A stretch of DNA of 64,000 nucleotides from Schizochytrium sp. TIO01 (taxonomy: Eukaryota > Protista > Bigyra: Labyrinthulomycetes): NCBI GenBank assembly GCA_004764695.1, contig SMSO01000025.1, positions 4,256,862-4,320,861 on the forward strand, in the 5' to 3' direction. The position numbers were made by a program, and so were the translations under genes. This document shows, in pieces, positions 61,301 to 64,000 of this stretch. The notes under the pieces are model-generated. The model ran no database searches, was not told where the DNA came from, and worked only from the letters and a program-made list of their open reading frames with translations. Numbering within the stretch: the first letter of the stretch is position 1; every line of letters begins with the position of its first letter.

Positions 61301-63526
61301 ATCGCCGTTCTCCATATACATTTTTAAGCTACCCATGTGCTCGTGTCGGTCCGGAACGGGGACTTGAAATACTTTGGTATAAGCTCCCTTCGACGCGAAA
61401 AGTATATTCAAAGTATTTCTGTCGATACAGAAGAAGTCCTGCTTTTCTACTCGTTTACGGAACAACTGTCCATGAAAAACGACCTCGCCAGATTGTTGAT
61501 CAATCTCAGATGTCACTTCTAGATGCGTTGCAATTGCGTAACCTGCAGAGTGCAGAGACCATACCTCTATCCGTCTCTGAAGAAATTCAGTAGTCATATT
61601 TAAGTGCCGAGCCAAAAATGCATCATGCATTCGATCATATGGGTAAGGAACGATTTTATTGATCGATTGACCAACCAGTTCATCAACGTTATTGTAACCA
61701 AGCATCTTACATAAGTTAGAACTCACCGCACGAATAATGCCGAGACTAGCTTCTTCACCACTGAGTGTCATTGTACCGTGAATGGTATTCTTTACATTGG
61801 TAATCCCAATGCCATCAGCACGATCAGCTTCTTCTTCAAGGGCAATAGCCTGGTCCATAAGTGCACCAGCCATAAATTTGTCGTTAATGACGAATTCAAG
61901 GTACATACTATACAAACGGAAAACAATGGGGGAGTCATTTGTAATCCTCATGAGCTGTTCAAGATGAAAATTTGCATTGTCAGATGCCCGACGGAGTTTA
62001 TGAGCTAGACGCAACAAACTCTCCCGATTGTGCGAACCCGACTTCAAGTGGCGGAGTACAGATACAATGTTGTCCATTGCCTGCAAGACTGTTTGCTGAG
62101 CCTGATTGATATGATTATCGAAGGCCATGAAATTGATGGCGCCGCCCCCTTCCACGCCTGTGTTTCTTGCTGTTTCTTGGTCAAGCTGATGCTTGAAAAT
62201 AACAAAGCGCTCATCAAAATGAAGATCAAGGCTTTTGCATTTTTGCATATATCTTTCAGAACGCAATGTGTCATTCCCGCACTCACGCAGAACAGTAGCT
62301 ACTTGAATTGCGATATAGGCACTCTTTGGAAAGTGAGTCTCGACGAGTGCAAGATATGCACCACGGCTCTTTTCCCAAGGAGTATGAGGTAACGGGTGAT
62401 GCAATCGCACGATCAGTTCACCAATCATGGGTGAGTCGACGACCGAAAGCTGTATGTGCTTTAATCTGCGAATACGCATCTCGATGAGCGAATCACACAC
62501 AAAGAAACATAGAGGGGCACCGACAGCAAATGCCATGAAGGCACCAAACCGCTCTTGGTCGTCTGTATAAGCCAACATTTCAATGACGAGACATAACGTC
62601 GAGAAAAAAAATGTTCCATAAACCGCCATCGAAATTTTGTTCAATGTCATGTGGTAGAACGGAAGATAATAATGGTAACCCACGGCCAGTAATAAAGCAC
62701 TCAAGACAATTTGTACAGCTAGAATTATGGGGTTGTCAGACCCGATCGCAACAAAAGTGAAACTCATTAAACCTCTGAGAGCAAGGGAAAGTGCGTGAAG
62801 CCGTCCATGGACTTTAGCCCCAAGGTCGCCACTTGCAGGGTTACGTTCAATTATGACCAGTACAGCCATGCCTGAAATTGTCATGAAAATAATGATTAGA
62901 ACGGCAACTACCGTGCTTAGAATTATGTGAATTGTTGCGCCGCATGTAATGCTTTCACTCAGCTTTGTTGTGCATTGAAAAATCTGCAAGAGGGAATCCA
63001 ATGCTGGTACGTAGAGAACTGTTGTCAAAAGATCCAATGCTATTCTTAAAGGACCAAGCAGCCAGAGTTGCTTTACACCTTCTGTAGCGAATGCATACCC
63101 TACGTATCCTACAACACCGAACGTGCAGGTTACGAATGCGAAGCTTCCCATGAACATGGTCAAAGTGAAGCTTGAGGTTGTTGATGAAATGAAGGAAAGG
63201 TTGCTTGCCTCTAAAATTGGAACAAACTTTTCTTCGACCCAGTCTGACCATGGGAATCCTGCTGATGTATTGAATGTGAAAGATAAGAGCTGGAGAAGGT
63301 TCATAAACTCAATACCCAGAGTAAACCAAATCGATGTTTTGTTTTGCCCTTTTTGCAAGAGGCTAAGGACACCAAGCAGTCCAAATTGAAACTTGCCCAA
63401 CAGTGAACCATATTTGCGAACGTTGCTAATTTCTCCACCAAAGTCGGTCTTCGCTTGGTCTAAGCCGAGGGCTTCATTCAGATATTTGCGCGGGTGAGAT
63501 TTATCAATCATCCTCGAACCTTTCAT
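58343..63526 (-). CDS. TmcB/TmcC (tiny macrocysts)-like multi-pass membrane protein with PAS domain
   Basis: 1727 aa; N-terminal TM bundle with HGR and YLPFY, helical region, PAS (MLGY...LVGQSINKIVP.P....HDAFL), additional C-terminal TM segments. Confidence 0.88.
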   Translation of the reverse strand: MKGSRMIDKSHPRKYLNEALGLDQAKTDFGGEISNVRKYGSLLGKFQFGLLGVLSLLQKGQNKTSIWFTLGIEFMNLLQLLSFTFNTSAGFPWSDWVEEKFVPILEASNLSFISSTTSSFTLTMFMGSFAFVTCTFGVVGYVGYAFATEGVKQLWLLGPLRIALDLLTTVLYVPALDSLLQIFQCTTKLSESITCGATIHIILSTVVAVLIIIFMTISGMAVLVIIERNPASGDLGAKVHGRLHALSLALRGLMSFTFVAIGSDNPIILAVQIVLSALLLAVGYHYYLPFYHMTLNKISMAVYGTFFFSTLCLVIEMLAYTDDQERFGAFMAFAVGAPLCFFVCDSLIEMRIRRLKHIQLSVVDSPMIGELIVRLHHPLPHTPWEKSRGAYLALVETHFPKSAYIAIQVATVLRECGNDTLRSERYMQKCKSLDLHFDERFVIFKHQLDQETARNTGVEGGGAINFMAFDNHINQAQQTVLQAMDNIVSVLRHLKSGSHNRESLLRLAHKLRRASDNANFHLEQLMRITNDSPIVFRLYSMYLEFVINDKFMAGALMDQAIALEEEADRADGIGITNVKNTIHGTMTLSGEEASLGIIRAVSSNLCKMLGYNNVDELVGQSINKIVPYPYDRMHDAFLARHLNMTTEFLQRRIEVWSLHSAGYAIATHLEVTSEIDQQSGEVVFHGQLFRKRVEKQDFFCIDRNTLNILFASKGAYTKVFQVPVPDRHEHMGSLKMYMENGDTEKASFKHLVSSDSEGTMKINGINYTVESKIIHKEVPAYKDKPEMKIDIALFTIDMELALAPPGDDSSVAYSTDALPRKFSLLENIRQQNQALSPIEAAPSDDEKSPAPPIVVDNSPRTGDSNYATGKVLTQVHNELRTPAEDEIDDISQGRSFNDADSVANASLDNASTKNDTKKQPSKDSDELSQDYDIEDEAESILIPHRNVGNLQTSFRSASRKLPRFGTLGRKRYLEANSNVSGEAAVAPLSYRSVGAEGQPQLVRSGPQTQISKGKRPSMDDFADALALDEEHDHEDETHSLGSSEMNSTVGRKRSVYERVQRGMARKGKQVHQYRRLTILAASICFALTVMEWFLRKSAYANGKEAITQVSNSVKRSYYLIDLAVMVNGLNHGIKYNISESSASAFLEYLRNDSTELLALHLSVTESSVNDGYEQLTELNSEPTIKVFEDARTGFSYTSLWLAVHQVITSVYAILESIDDDFSSYTCDSACQYVLNNAAVETFEGSNLASGYYANIAASELESIRDYEWSNVIATGTAFLLFTIFVTVPTIREAYVSYETSCKTLFKVPRRSLKRVFTEAQERCTTVRERLREEFDYDFDDGEESHDDQPIPPGAQSIAERSVAEEIEIMKQSNRDKFGRQGSDKSFLEDSEPSHKRGSRVTFSPKREVRVVPAHQARVSKRKKREVHERRKLQFTVVSLVTLQSAPFLVTLLYVVIAFYVEDASLSERLSLGKMVNAAGERWAKTHLTMFYMEDGLFEDVEASWSAWYEKDTEKWEYAASAFKDVTHLDYTLTYGNETEGIQAVQDQSTFPNQYSLLFESACLETCTLYPDNSMSEAMDTGLQRGMSLFKEMANLSFSAILENNTESSATLMEQFISLSGGMDQPLVTLAESQISIQVMAEALEQSMTYFREYFEDLVETQIYRGRYILCVYWVLLIIGSFFVFKRYVQVNRKMQDIQFLLVAFPATLFEDYPNLANVILLENEKKT

Positions 63527-64000
63527 TAATTGCTTCGTGGAAGGCTCAACCTAAACAGCTGCCCGCTCCAGAGCAGCAGCGGCAGCAGCAGTAGCTGCAG
63601 CACCCTTGCCGCAGCGTTTGTGCTTTGCTAATAAACACACGTGGTCCCCGTTGATACTGTTCCGTTAGTCACTACTATCGCTTTCCAAGGTGGGAGTACG
63701 AGCAGTCAGACGCTCGAAGTAACAGCTTACAAGCCTCGCTACTGTTCTACCCAAAGGCCTGAAAGAGCAACCACCACGCTTATCTACGCGCGAATGGATG
63801 GCACAAACTAGCCTGGGCAAGCCTAGGTGAATTAGGCAAGCTCTTGATTTGCCTTTCTGCACAGGATTCTAGCCTCAAAGCAGCACGAGGTATCTATCCT
63901 CTGCACTTGCTCAACGATGTCAATTCTCAATCGCCAAATTTTGGCAAGACAAGACAAGACAAGACAATACCTGACTGAATGCCAGTGCTTGTCTAGGCAC

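Overview
Intron-poor eukaryotic DNA. Gene content, codon style and (GAAA)n/(GATA)n/(CATTT)n microsatellites suggest a stramenopile, probably a thraustochytrid/labyrinthulomycete (inference). About 17 protein genes are supported: UBE2D, a TMEM185-like RING protein, a TBC Rab-GAP, a TtrS/PhnD-sensor class-C-like GPCR, Rab2, PheRS beta (one frameshift), two coiled-coil proteins (one with CaaX), a small orphan, LeuB (one intron), a Cys-rich membrane protein, a NagD-like HAD, a MORN-adenylate kinase, UPF0652/DUF2009, a RasGAP-like protein, an RlmL-like methyltransferase and a TmcB-like PAS protein. The main unexplained signal is in the non-coding DNA. Most intergenic spacers, the leuB intron and sequence abutting several start codons carry eroded ankyrin-repeat coding fragments, and the best ones are all on the + strand whatever the orientation of flanking genes. 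This rests on manual translation only. Short ankyrin-like matches also arise by chance, so it needs a strand-controlled, frameshift-aware HMM test.
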